In this document: piece by piece, positions 7,067 through 15,758 of the stretch
Layout: each line of letters starts with the position of its first letter
How positions within the stretch are numbered: the stretch's first letter is position 1
From: an uncultured Thermoplasmata archaeon
Lineage (GTDB): Archaea; Thermoplasmatota; Thermoplasmata; Halarchaeoplasmatales; Halarchaeoplasmataceae
DNA length: 64,000 nt
Reading direction: 5' to 3'
NCBI GenBank assembly: GCA_964486225.1
Contig: CAZAMQ010000001.1
Span: 2,660-66,659, forward strand
Notes under the pieces: generated by a model
What the model was told of the DNA's origin: nothing
The model's input: only the letters and a program-made list of their open reading frames with translations
Database searches by the model: none
Position numbers and translations under genes: made by a program

Positions 7067-9973
7067 ATGTTGAAAATGAATGAAGAAGATTGCTTGAATG
7101 AATATGAAGATTTAAAGGATCTTTATACTGACTTCTCCATGGTAATTCGTACAATAATAGAGAACATTTTATACACAAATGACATAAATTATCAAGTTGT
7201 AACTAATAGGACGAAAAACGATGAATCTTTAAAACGCAAAGTTAAAGAAATCACCGACATTCACTCTGTAAGAGATATAGACGATCTAGCTGGTTGTAGA
7301 ATAATTTTCTATACGAACAAGGATACACAACGAATTGTTGGATATTTATGTGAAGAATTTGACGTTGTTAAAGAAAATTTAAAATATTCTGAAAAGAGTT
7401 ATAATGCTCTACATCTAGTTGTTAGATTAAAAGAAGATCGATTAAAGCTTTGTGAATACGAGATGTTTGATGGGCTTAAATGTGAAATTCAATTAACAAC
7501 AGTATTATTCCACGCATGGTCTGAGCTTGCACATGATTTAATCTATAAGCCTAAAGAAGATCTTTCTAAATTTGATGAACATGCATTTGATTCAATTGAA
7601 GCTCGATTTCGCAAGACAATGGGGGAACTAAAAAGGGTTCAAACGGATTTTGATTATATCATAAAGCAGTGGAAAGAAATTAGAAAAGGAAAAAAAATTT
7701 TTTCTGAAGAATTTCTATATGATCTGGAATCAGCAGGTTCTATTAATGATATTCAACAAAAGTTAAAACTCATTTTAGAACACGTTGAAAAATTTGGTGA
7801 TAAAACACCAAAAGAATTACAAATAATCGAAATAATTAACAACGCTCTAAAAAAATCAAAAACACTCAAAAAAGAACCTATCAAAACTCTTTTTGGTGAA
7901 CACCCAGGATTTGATTATTCCGATGTAGCTGATGTTAGTTTGGACATCTTCGATCGTTTGAAATATATTTATCCAAAAGATGTTTTTGATGAAATAAAAT
8001 GTTTATCTGTTGATTCAGAAGAAAAAGTTAAAAATAAAGCATTAGATGTTTCTTCAAAAATTGTTAAATATTCATTTGTACCAGAAAATGAAGCAATTTA
8101 CTATCATATCCAATCATTTGTCACCGAAGAAATTGAAAATTGGGACGATGAAACATTGCTTAGATATTTCAATCTAACAGTAAAGGTATCCGATGAGTTG
8201 CTTTCCCCTTCGTTTCACACTGTTTTGCCTAGTGGGTATGATAAAATTTCTTTATACCAAGGCCCACTACCTCCAAACGACACATTAATAAGAATAAGAG
8301 AAAGAACAATATGTATTCTTAAACGGCTATATACTATATCTGAAACTCTCTCGAACAAACACAAAGTTTTAAAGACGCTCAAAAAAGCAACCCTAACACC
8401 CAATGAAGAAGATTATTCGCCAGAATTAAAAAGGGTTATTTTGGATAATACAAATGATGTAATATCTTTTTACATATACCTTGTCGAAGATTCTGATAAT
8501 GAAATAATTCAGATTATTGAGCAACAATTGAACGGTTTTATAAAAAGATTTAAAGATGATTTGATATATTCGGATAAATTAAATGAAATGATTAGTAAAA
8601 ACGAGGATTATAAGGTACACAAAGTACTTGTGGGTTGGGATATTAACTACTTCAATGACTATCAATATGAAAAGGCAGAAATCGAGAGAAAACAAAAAAT
8701 TAATGAATATGTAACACAGATTAACGAAGAGTGTATTAATGATTGGGAAAATAAATTTTTATCTATTCTAAAAAATTACAATCAAGTTAACTCTCGAAGC
8801 GAATATCGGTATCTTAGATATTTCTTAGAAAATTTGGGTGAACAAAAACCTCGGATTGGGTTTGAACTAGCCTTAAAAATAGATTTTGAACTAGGACCTT
8901 TTTTGGACAGTCTAGTAACTGGTATTTGGAAAAGCCCCGAAAAGGATTTGGCTAAGGAATTATTGTCACGTTGGATAAAGGAAGGAAAGCATTTGTCAAC
9001 GTGTCCAAATGTATTCTCTCATACTCATGAAACCGACCTCACATTGTTATCTATGTGTTATGAAAAGGCGAAAGAGCAAAAAGATATTGATGTTATTATT
9101 GGTATCGTAATATGCATTTCAATAAACTATGACCAAAATCCAGACCATAAAACCATATTTATTAATTGCATCAAAGAACTAAATAAATATGGAAATTATA
9201 TATGGACAAATTGTTTTATCCACAATGATAATTCTATATTAAGAGACATTGACAAAATAGACCTAGATGTACTTTTAGAAAATTTCAAATATGCTCCGAG
9301 AATTGATCATGATTTGGAATTAATATTATCGGAATTTGCACACCAATATCCTGGAGAGATAATCGACTTTTTTTATGAAAGAATTAAAGTGCAAAGAGAA
9401 AAAGATGGAAATGATAGATATCATGCAATACCTTTTTCATTACATATTTTAAATGAATCCTTAAGTAAAAATCCTGTGAAAGTTATCGACGAAATTTTGA
9501 AATGGTTTGATATCGAAGATAGATTATTATGTATTGAATGGGCTAATTTAATTGAATTGATTTTCCCGGAGTTTCATCCTGAACTAGAAGATAAATTAAT
9601 CAAATTACTACGATCTAAAGATGATAAAATAGAGATTATTGTTTTGTGTATCTTACGCGCATATGATGGTCAAAAATTTTTACACGAAGTTTGTAAAGAG
9701 TTTATCAAGCAATGCCCTGAGAAAAAGGAGTATCAACAAGAAATGTTCTTAATACTTTCTGGAACAGTTGGTGGTTTTGGTGAATACGCAATTTGTGAAT
9801 CTTATAAAAAGAAAAGAAGAGAGATTCAGGAATGGAAAAAAGATGAAAATATCGCAATTCAAAAATTTGCTATACTGTATGATCGCTATTTATCTAGTAT
9901 GATAAACTACGAAAAAAAGAGAGTAGATGAAAGTGTTGAATTTATGAAAAGAGAATTTGAAACTCATGGCTGA
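7067..9973 (+). CDS. RelA/SpoT-domain (nucleotide pyrophosphokinase / alarmone-synthetase fold) protein. The synthetase-like domain is at aa ~28-165, followed by a ~800-aa alpha-helical C-terminal extension of unknown function.
   Basis: All three hallmark synthetase motifs are seen directly: RxKxxxSxxxK as R48-TKNDESLKRK-58, DxxGxR as DDLAGCRIIF (aa 72-81), and the EIQ(I/L)T...W(A/S)ExxH..YK block as CEIQLTTVLFHAWSELAHDLIYK (aa 139-161). No HD hydrolase, TGS or ACT regions are recognisable. Confidence 0.7.
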   Translation: MLKMNEEDCLNEYEDLKDLYTDFSMVIRTIIENILYTNDINYQVVTNRTKNDESLKRKVKEITDIHSVRDIDDLAGCRIIFYTNKDTQRIVGYLCEEFDVVKENLKYSEKSYNALHLVVRLKEDRLKLCEYEMFDGLKCEIQLTTVLFHAWSELAHDLIYKPKEDLSKFDEHAFDSIEARFRKTMGELKRVQTDFDYIIKQWKEIRKGKKIFSEEFLYDLESAGSINDIQQKLKLILEHVEKFGDKTPKELQIIEIINNALKKSKTLKKEPIKTLFGEHPGFDYSDVADVSLDIFDRLKYIYPKDVFDEIKCLSVDSEEKVKNKALDVSSKIVKYSFVPENEAIYYHIQSFVTEEIENWDDETLLRYFNLTVKVSDELLSPSFHTVLPSGYDKISLYQGPLPPNDTLIRIRERTICILKRLYTISETLSNKHKVLKTLKKATLTPNEEDYSPELKRVILDNTNDVISFYIYLVEDSDNEIIQIIEQQLNGFIKRFKDDLIYSDKLNEMISKNEDYKVHKVLVGWDINYFNDYQYEKAEIERKQKINEYVTQINEECINDWENKFLSILKNYNQVNSRSEYRYLRYFLENLGEQKPRIGFELALKIDFELGPFLDSLVTGIWKSPEKDLAKELLSRWIKEGKHLSTCPNVFSHTHETDLTLLSMCYEKAKEQKDIDVIIGIVICISINYDQNPDHKTIFINCIKELNKYGNYIWTNCFIHNDNSILRDIDKIDLDVLLENFKYAPRIDHDLELILSEFAHQYPGEIIDFFYERIKVQREKDGNDRYHAIPFSLHILNESLSKNPVKVIDEILKWFDIEDRLLCIEWANLIELIFPEFHPELEDKLIKLLRSKDDKIEIIVLCILRAYDGQKFLHEVCKEFIKQCPEKKEYQQEMFLILSGTVGGFGEYAICESYKKKRREIQEWKKDENIAIQKFAILYDRYLSSMINYEKKRVDESVEFMKREFETHG

Positions 9974-10047
9974 ATGATTGGAAATACGAGTGTTTAGATT
10001 AAGATATCGGATTATTAGAAGGTTATAACTAAATATACATCCTCTCC

Positions 10048-10743
10048 TCACTGTATGTTTTCCTTAACCCTCTCCCTCCGCTCCTCATTCGGAGGATGGA
10101 ACTGAACCCCTAGCATTTTCAAATACGCTCTTGCAACCCCCTTCTCGATCTTAAACCCCAACGCCTCCTTGTTCTCATCAGAAACCCGGGATAACGTCGT
10201 TTCGTAATCGATCCCATCGATGATCTCCAGTGCTTCATAGGCAACATCCCAGGGGTTTTTGATGTTGCAGGCCTCCTGCATCATCTTTGCGGCCCAGAGA
10301 TCGCATTTGTTTTCGATGTCCCAATTTCCCTTGTATGTGAACTTGGGGCTGATCAATGCTATGGCGGTGAAGATGATGAAGGCAGAGATGGGGTATATTC
10401 CGCTCATGTTCAATATGTACACGGGTACGTAATAAGAGATCACTGCTATCGTGAGGAAGAAGATGAGGAGGTTGAATAGAGCGTTCTTTTTCAGAGGATA
10501 TCTCGATAAGTGTGCTTCTTCGTGTAGTAGTGCGAAGGTGATGTGTTCTTTTTTTAGTTCCTTCAGATCGTTGAAATACGGGTTGTAAAGGATCGCACTG
10601 GTGCCGGCTTTGAATGACTTTGTTTTTAACGGTGCCTGGACCAGTTTTCTGTTTTTGTCGATCAGGTATCGTTTGTTTTTATCCGATGATGCTTCGGTGT
10701 TTTGAAGCTGTGTAAATATCTCTCTGATCCTATCGTTTTTCAT
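10048..10743 (-). CDS. Membrane-associated HExxH zinc-metallopeptidase-like protein (231 aa).
   Basis: LLHEEAHL motif followed by 2-3 hydrophobic helices. The gene is conspicuously GC-richer (~50 %) than the flanking AT-rich DNA. Confidence 0.45.
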   Translation of the reverse strand: MKNDRIREIFTQLQNTEASSDKNKRYLIDKNRKLVQAPLKTKSFKAGTSAILYNPYFNDLKELKKEHITFALLHEEAHLSRYPLKKNALFNLLIFFLTIAVISYYVPVYILNMSGIYPISAFIIFTAIALISPKFTYKGNWDIENKCDLWAAKMMQEACNIKNPWDVAYEALEIIDGIDYETTLSRVSDENKEALGFKIEKGVARAYLKMLGVQFHPPNEERRERVKENIQ

Positions 10744-10883
10744 GATATTGGGTGCCCCTATAGTTGGTTTCTTCTTGAAGATTATCTGATTATCCCTTTA
10801 AATTATTGTTGGTTATTGAAATAGAATTGAGGATTATTTTGTCGAAGGAAGTTTTTTAATACACTTAATCTAATCAGTAAACA

Positions 10884-11138
10884 ATGTCGCTTAAAGAAAG
10901 GATTAACAAAATACTTTTGGAAACAAAATATCCAATATATTGGATATCAATGTTTGTTATAATTTTAATGCTATCGATTTATATTGTGCACAATTTCAGA
11001 GATAATTGTTTTCTATTTTCTTCTATAATATTATTGTCTGCAGTTTACATTTATACATTTTGGTGTGAATCGAATGAAAATAGTTACTCGAACTATGCTT
11101 TAAGCCTAGGCACATTAATTATTATTCTCATTGTATAA
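10884..11138 (+). CDS. Small hydrophobic two-TM protein (84 aa). Hypothetical.
   Basis: ORF with two hydrophobic stretches. It ends 9 bp before the left inverted repeat of the IS element. Confidence 0.3.
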   Translation: MSLKERINKILLETKYPIYWISMFVIILMLSIYIVHNFRDNCFLFSSIILLSAVYIYTFWCESNENSYSNYALSLGTLIIILIV

Positions 11139-11146
11139 CCTAGAGA

Positions 11147-12220
11147 GATATGTCACCCCTCTATTGAGAAGGTAGAAGTATCTTCTCCAATTTAAGTGCT
11201 TTGACGAGCTTGTCAAACCATTTGAGATCTACCTCACCAGAATATTTATCCTCCGGACAAGTATCTATTGCCGAATGATGCTTTCCGTTATTGTACCAAT
11301 GGTTGTAAATTCGGATGAATTTATCGATCTTAGTTCTGTTCCTTGAATTACCAATGTGATGTCTAAGGAAACGCTTCAGACCTTTTTGATATGCACTTAG
11401 CTTTCCGAGTGTTTGTGGATGGTGTATACTAGACCATATATGCTTTTGATTGACGTATTCAGAACAGTATTTTCTCATCTCATTATTCTTTCTGTTGAAT
11501 TGTGTCCCATTATCAGTGAGAAGATTATCATACTTTGTTTTGATTAACTTTTTCATCCCCTGGATAACAGTCTTATCTTTTGCATCTCTTAAAGATACAG
11601 CCCATCCTTTTCTAGAATGGTCGTCTTCCATTGTTAGAAGGGAGACGCCATTAAATGAAGTCAGATCTGCCTGTATCAAACGGTTTGGATGTCCCCATTC
11701 AAACCGTTTCCAATCGTTTTGAACACGTCTCTCACGTTCGATCTCACCTTCTCTTACGAGGATATTGTAAGTAAGAGAGGGATATAGACGTTTAGTCATA
11801 CCAGCTCTTTGTAAACTTTGATTGACAATGTCTGATACTGGTTTTGGTCCAAAACCGGTAGCTTTCCTTACAGCTATGACTTTATCTTCGATTTCTTTGG
11901 GAGTTTTATTAGGTATTCTTTTTGGCCGTTTTGATTTAAAACGCAATCCTGCAATCCCTTCCTCCCGAAATCTCTTTAGAATCCTGTAAAATTGTCGAAG
12001 ACTTCGACCGATCATCTCAGATGCTTTTTTACGAGTGATTCCAAAAGGCTTAGGGACTAGTGTTTTCGCAACAGCTCCGTAACGTTCTTTCACATAGCTT
12101 GGCTCATCCTTGAGAACATCGATGTGTTCCCTATCCAAATATATACTTCCTCTTTCTATTATCATTTCGTGTCACCTCTTTGTTGGTGAGTTTATCATTC
12201 CGACAAAGGGGTGACACATC
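11147..12220 (-). mobile_element. IS481-family insertion sequence (~1.07 kb) with 14-bp imperfect terminal inverted repeats (GATATGTCACCCCT / AGGGGTGACACATC).
   Basis: IRs at 11147-11160 and 12207-12220 match 13 of 14 positions and bracket a single DDE transposase ORF. The termini begin with TGT, as in IS481/IS3-like elements. No target-site duplication is discernible. Confidence 0.75.
11161..12165 (-). CDS. IS481-family DDE transposase (rve integrase core).
   Basis: N-terminal HTH region. IQADLT resembles the WQxD first catalytic aspartate motif. TDNGTQF is the classic rve TDNG(x)EF motif. HPQTLGKLSAYQKGLK is the HPQTxGkxER motif. Length 334 aa. Confidence 0.85.
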   Translation of the reverse strand: MIIERGSIYLDREHIDVLKDEPSYVKERYGAVAKTLVPKPFGITRKKASEMIGRSLRQFYRILKRFREEGIAGLRFKSKRPKRIPNKTPKEIEDKVIAVRKATGFGPKPVSDIVNQSLQRAGMTKRLYPSLTYNILVREGEIERERRVQNDWKRFEWGHPNRLIQADLTSFNGVSLLTMEDDHSRKGWAVSLRDAKDKTVIQGMKKLIKTKYDNLLTDNGTQFNRKNNEMRKYCSEYVNQKHIWSSIHHPQTLGKLSAYQKGLKRFLRHHIGNSRNRTKIDKFIRIYNHWYNNGKHHSAIDTCPEDKYSGEVDLKWFDKLVKALKLEKILLPSQ

Positions 12221-12305
12221 TTAATGGTTTACACAAATTATTATTCTCATCATTATCTCAAGATTTATTTGGGATAGGGATTCTGCAATTAACATTAGTG
12301 TTGCT

Positions 12306-12701
12306 GTGGGGACAGTATCTGGGCCCGTGATGGCATACTTTGCATTTATGTTTTATGAAGAGACAAAAAGGGTAGAAAAAAAGGAGCGACAAAAAACCGA
12401 ATGGTATAGAAGATTACATATAATATTGAACAACAGAGAATTGAACAAATTGGTAGGAAATAAGGATATTGACTTAGCAGTGAATCAGGGAACTTATGAG
12501 AGATATGAAAAGATCATTGAGAACATGGAAAGATTATGGATAGATAAGCCAGAAACTATAGACGAAGAAATAGCGGAAAAAATTTTTAAGATTATATCCG
12601 AACTTCAAGATACAACGGCACCAGCTAGCATATCTTTTATCTGTGAACACATGCCCCAAAAAATTAAACAACTAAGAATGTTAGTAAAAAAACATATTTG
12701 A
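12306..12701 (+). CDS. Hypothetical protein (131 aa) with a hydrophobic N-terminus, directly upstream of the HEPN gene.
   Basis: ORF only. Same strand as the HEPN gene, 61 bp upstream of it. Confidence 0.35.
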   Translation: MGTVSGPVMAYFAFMFYEETKRVEKKERQKTEWYRRLHIILNNRELNKLVGNKDIDLAVNQGTYERYEKIIENMERLWIDKPETIDEEIAEKIFKIISELQDTTAPASISFICEHMPQKIKQLRMLVKKHI

Positions 12702-12762
12702 TTGATAAGATTGAATTTAATTTCAGAAAAATACTTAAACAAATATTCCACTCGAAGTAAAC

Positions 12763-14112
12763 ATGGATTACACCGAGTATAAAGGTAAATGGTGGCTCCC
12801 AGGTAAAGAGTATAATAAGATATTTGGAACATTGAAATTCTACCCAAATGATCGTTTGGAACTTGAAGTTAATGGTATTTTTGAATCACTACCTTTTGGT
12901 CGGCTGATTGAATTCACCCAGTATGATTTCATTTATGGGGAAGATTACAATGGTAAAAAAATTACATTATTTAAAAATAGAGAAACGTATAGAAGTAAAG
13001 ATATTGAATCCCGATATTTAGTTGTATATGCATTCATAGGACATCACTTTGTTAATGAAAAAGAAATATCTTTCGATGAGATAGAAATCAATTTTCATAA
13101 TCTTAAAGAATGGTTTGGTTTGTCAGGAATTGGTTATGAATATGATGATGTAAGTTTTGCCTATCGATATACCGAGCAAGACATTATTAAAAATAATATT
13201 GATGGCGAATATGAGTTGAATTTTATTTTCGGCTGTCCTTGTGAAATGAAAGGTACAGGTCCTACAGAGATATATTTAAAGGATGAATGTTCTCTAGAAA
13301 TTAAGAAACATTTCGAAAAATCTCTTGATCGATATTTTGAAATAATAGAAATGCTCAAAGTATTTTTTTCTTTATCGATGCAATTACCTATTTATATGAC
13401 TAACATGAATGGAGTGGTTAGCGACGAAGGACCCTGTTGTAATATTTTATTTGGAGATATCCGAGATGAAAAAGATTTACAAAAAGTTCATAAATTCCAA
13501 ATGCCATTAATTTATGATAGAATCTCAGAAGAATTTGAAGGTGTTTTAAAAAACCTTCACAGATCCTACCATAAATTTGAAAACATGTTTAATTTGTACC
13601 ATGGCATAATATACAATCAAAATATGTTTCCAAGACAAGAATTTTTATTTTTGGTTAATGCATTAGAATCATATCATCGTTTGTGGCTAAAAGACAAATA
13701 CATCTCTGATGAAGATTTTAAAAATAAAGTTTACAATAAGTTAGTTGACGCGATACCGGATGATATCCCTGTAGATTTGAAAAATAGTTTGAAGTCAAGG
13801 TTACAATATCACAATGAATACTCCCTCAAGAAAAGATTGGATGAAGTTTTTGAAAGGTTTATAGAACCTATTGATTTTATAATAGAGAATCGAGATGATT
13901 TTACAAACAGAGTCAAAAATATGCGAAATTATTATTCACATTATTTTGAACTTGAAGAAGAAATAACCTTTGAAGAATTAAATAATATTAAAGAAAAATT
14001 GAAAACCATCGTAGAAATTTGTATCCTTGGGGAAATAGATGTAGATCTGGCAAACGATTTGGAAATAGTTGATAAATTATACAAAAATAAAAGAAAATTC
14101 ATAAGTTTTTGA
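12763..14112 (+). CDS. HEPN-domain protein of the Abi_2 (AbiD/AbiF) / ApeA-like abortive-infection type (449 aa).
   Basis: C-terminal MRNYYSHYF (nt 13921-13947) matches the Rx4-6H HEPN signature in its RNxxxH form, which is characteristic of Abi_2. Large alpha-helical protein inside an AT-rich accessory island. Confidence 0.55.
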   Translation: MDYTEYKGKWWLPGKEYNKIFGTLKFYPNDRLELEVNGIFESLPFGRLIEFTQYDFIYGEDYNGKKITLFKNRETYRSKDIESRYLVVYAFIGHHFVNEKEISFDEIEINFHNLKEWFGLSGIGYEYDDVSFAYRYTEQDIIKNNIDGEYELNFIFGCPCEMKGTGPTEIYLKDECSLEIKKHFEKSLDRYFEIIEMLKVFFSLSMQLPIYMTNMNGVVSDEGPCCNILFGDIRDEKDLQKVHKFQMPLIYDRISEEFEGVLKNLHRSYHKFENMFNLYHGIIYNQNMFPRQEFLFLVNALESYHRLWLKDKYISDEDFKNKVYNKLVDAIPDDIPVDLKNSLKSRLQYHNEYSLKKRLDEVFERFIEPIDFIIENRDDFTNRVKNMRNYYSHYFELEEEITFEELNNIKEKLKTIVEICILGEIDVDLANDLEIVDKLYKNKRKFISF

Positions 14113-14343
14113 TTAGTCCTTGAACAACTTTGAAATCACAAGTTACCTTTGTTGGAAAATATTCCAATATATTATCACCAAATTTGATCCCTATGGCTTG
14201 CAGTAACAAAGTCGTAGTAATGATGCCTTATAAACAAGCTTGAAGACCCGTGATCTCATTGAATTTTAGTACTTTTCAGTTTTGTAATCTATATACGATT
14301 GCATCTATTAAAACAAGGATTAAAAGTTCATGAAAATGAGATA

Positions 14344-14823
14344 TTATTTAATCAAACTTAACAATGATTTATATCTTTTAGTATACATAGATAATAAAGT
14401 CATACTCCAGATTTCAACAAATATAGTGGAAAAGAATAATCCGAATAAATGATGCCACTCGGAATCAATTAACATCAACTTAGATGGACTCTTTACAACA
14501 TTATATACTAATATAAACATGTACAGACCTATTAATCCATTAAAAAATTTCATGGGTAATGGGTAACCCTTTAAAAAATCAAAATCTCCTTCACTTTGAT
14601 CAGCATCTTTATCATTATTTGTTTTTCTTCTAGCCCTTTCAAGGTCTGAATATGATAGAGAAATACCAAGTGGAACAGAGATTATTACTACTTGATGGAA
14701 AAAGGAAATGTTAAATCCCAAAAATTGGGTTGGAAGATATAAACTCAGCAATATCACCGTATACCAAAATAACCTTTTCTTTATCAGCAGAGATTCTAAC
14801 ATTTCATCATCAAATATCTTCAC
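14344..14823 (-). CDS. Hypothetical integral membrane protein (159 aa, ~4 TM helices).
   Basis: ORF with four hydrophobic segments. No motif recognised. Confidence 0.4.
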   Translation of the reverse strand: MKIFDDEMLESLLIKKRLFWYTVILLSLYLPTQFLGFNISFFHQVVIISVPLGISLSYSDLERARRKTNNDKDADQSEGDFDFLKGYPLPMKFFNGLIGLYMFILVYNVVKSPSKLMLIDSEWHHLFGLFFSTIFVEIWSMTLLSMYTKRYKSLLSLIK

Positions 14824-15004
14824 GGTATTAAAAATTTAGGACTTATTGACGAATTTATTATTTTTTTATTGGTAATAATTTACAATGCCCAAATTATAAT
14901 AAGATGACAAATTGCAATAAAGAAAATATGAGATTTGAAGAAAGGAAGGAAAATGGTGAAGTAACACATGTGGAAGGAAAAGACACTTTCTAAACTCCTC
15001 TTAA

Positions 15005-15130
15005 AACCATCTTAAAAAAAGTTAAAAACACGTTAAAAAACATCTTAAACCAACCTTGAAGTACACTTAAAACACGTTCAAAAACATCTTAAAATATCCT
15101 TTAAATCACTCTAAATTTCGCTTAAATCAA
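15005..15130. repeat. Degenerate tandem repeats built on a CTTAAA core. They include two copies of AAAACACGTT(A/C)AAAAACATCTTAAA (15024-15048 and 15068-15092, period 44 bp).
   Basis: Direct reading: at least 7 CTTAAA/CTTAAAA motifs and a 25-bp imperfect direct repeat within 125 bp of non-coding AT-rich DNA. Confidence 0.6.
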
Positions 15131-15563
15131 ACCACTTATGAGATCGGTGAATATCTTTAAAATTGTGAATACGCTGGGAAAGCAACGCTTTAAAACTCCA
15201 CCCAACCTCCACATCTTCGCAAAAGTCAGCAGATGCCTGCCGAATTTCACACGCAAATTTCGGCAGTTCCACACCTCATCCAGTGATCCATAATCGCCGA
15301 ATATCTCCAAAAAGAGCAAGATCAGACGCTCTTACATTCTTTTTGTGCAATCTTTTCAGAAAACTAAAAGTTTTCTAAACGATATCGGGAACGAGTTCCC
15401 GAAATAAAGTCGGCAGTTTTCACAAGAGTTATCGCAAAAGTCGGCAGGTGAATATTTCGGGAATCAAATTCCCGATATCGAAGGAATTTTTCTCAAAATT
15501 CCTGTAGATCACGTGCAAAAGGTAGCAGTTAGCAGCCACCTTTCATAACTCGTTTGAGAGGTA

Positions 15564-15758
15564 AGGGGATGCCAATCCCCGCAAGTCTTTGACTTCAGAT
15601 CCGGAAAGGGGAAAAAGATCGAAACACTCCGATTACTGGCGATCGAGGATAGGAGATCATCGTGCGATCTACGAAATCGAACATAAAAACGAACGGATCA
15701 TCGTATTATTTATTGGTCATAGAAAAGACGTTTACGATGATTTTTCACGATTGGTCTG
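15564..15758 (+). pseudogene. Truncated 3-prime remnant of a RelE/ParE (StbE)-family toxin gene.
   Basis: This frame translates to ...RSRIGDHRAIYEIEHKNERIIVLFIGHRKDVYDDFSRLV*, the characteristic C-terminal core of RelE/ParE toxins (YRIIYxIdxxnxxIxILrIGHRKDVY). The frame opens immediately after a stop at 15561-15563 and contains no ATG, so the ~35 N-terminal residues are missing. No antitoxin ORF lies upstream. Confidence 0.6.

Noticed and set aside
11141-12226. Target-site duplication for the IS481 element
   Set aside because: Sequences flanking the 14-bp IRs (…CTAGAGA | and | TTAATGG…) share no 4-15-bp direct repeat, so none is reported.
15005-15130. Possibility that the CTTAAA repeats are a CRISPR array
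   Set aside because: Units are too short and irregular (6-25 bp, variable spacing) with no constant repeat/spacer architecture. No cas genes are in the window.
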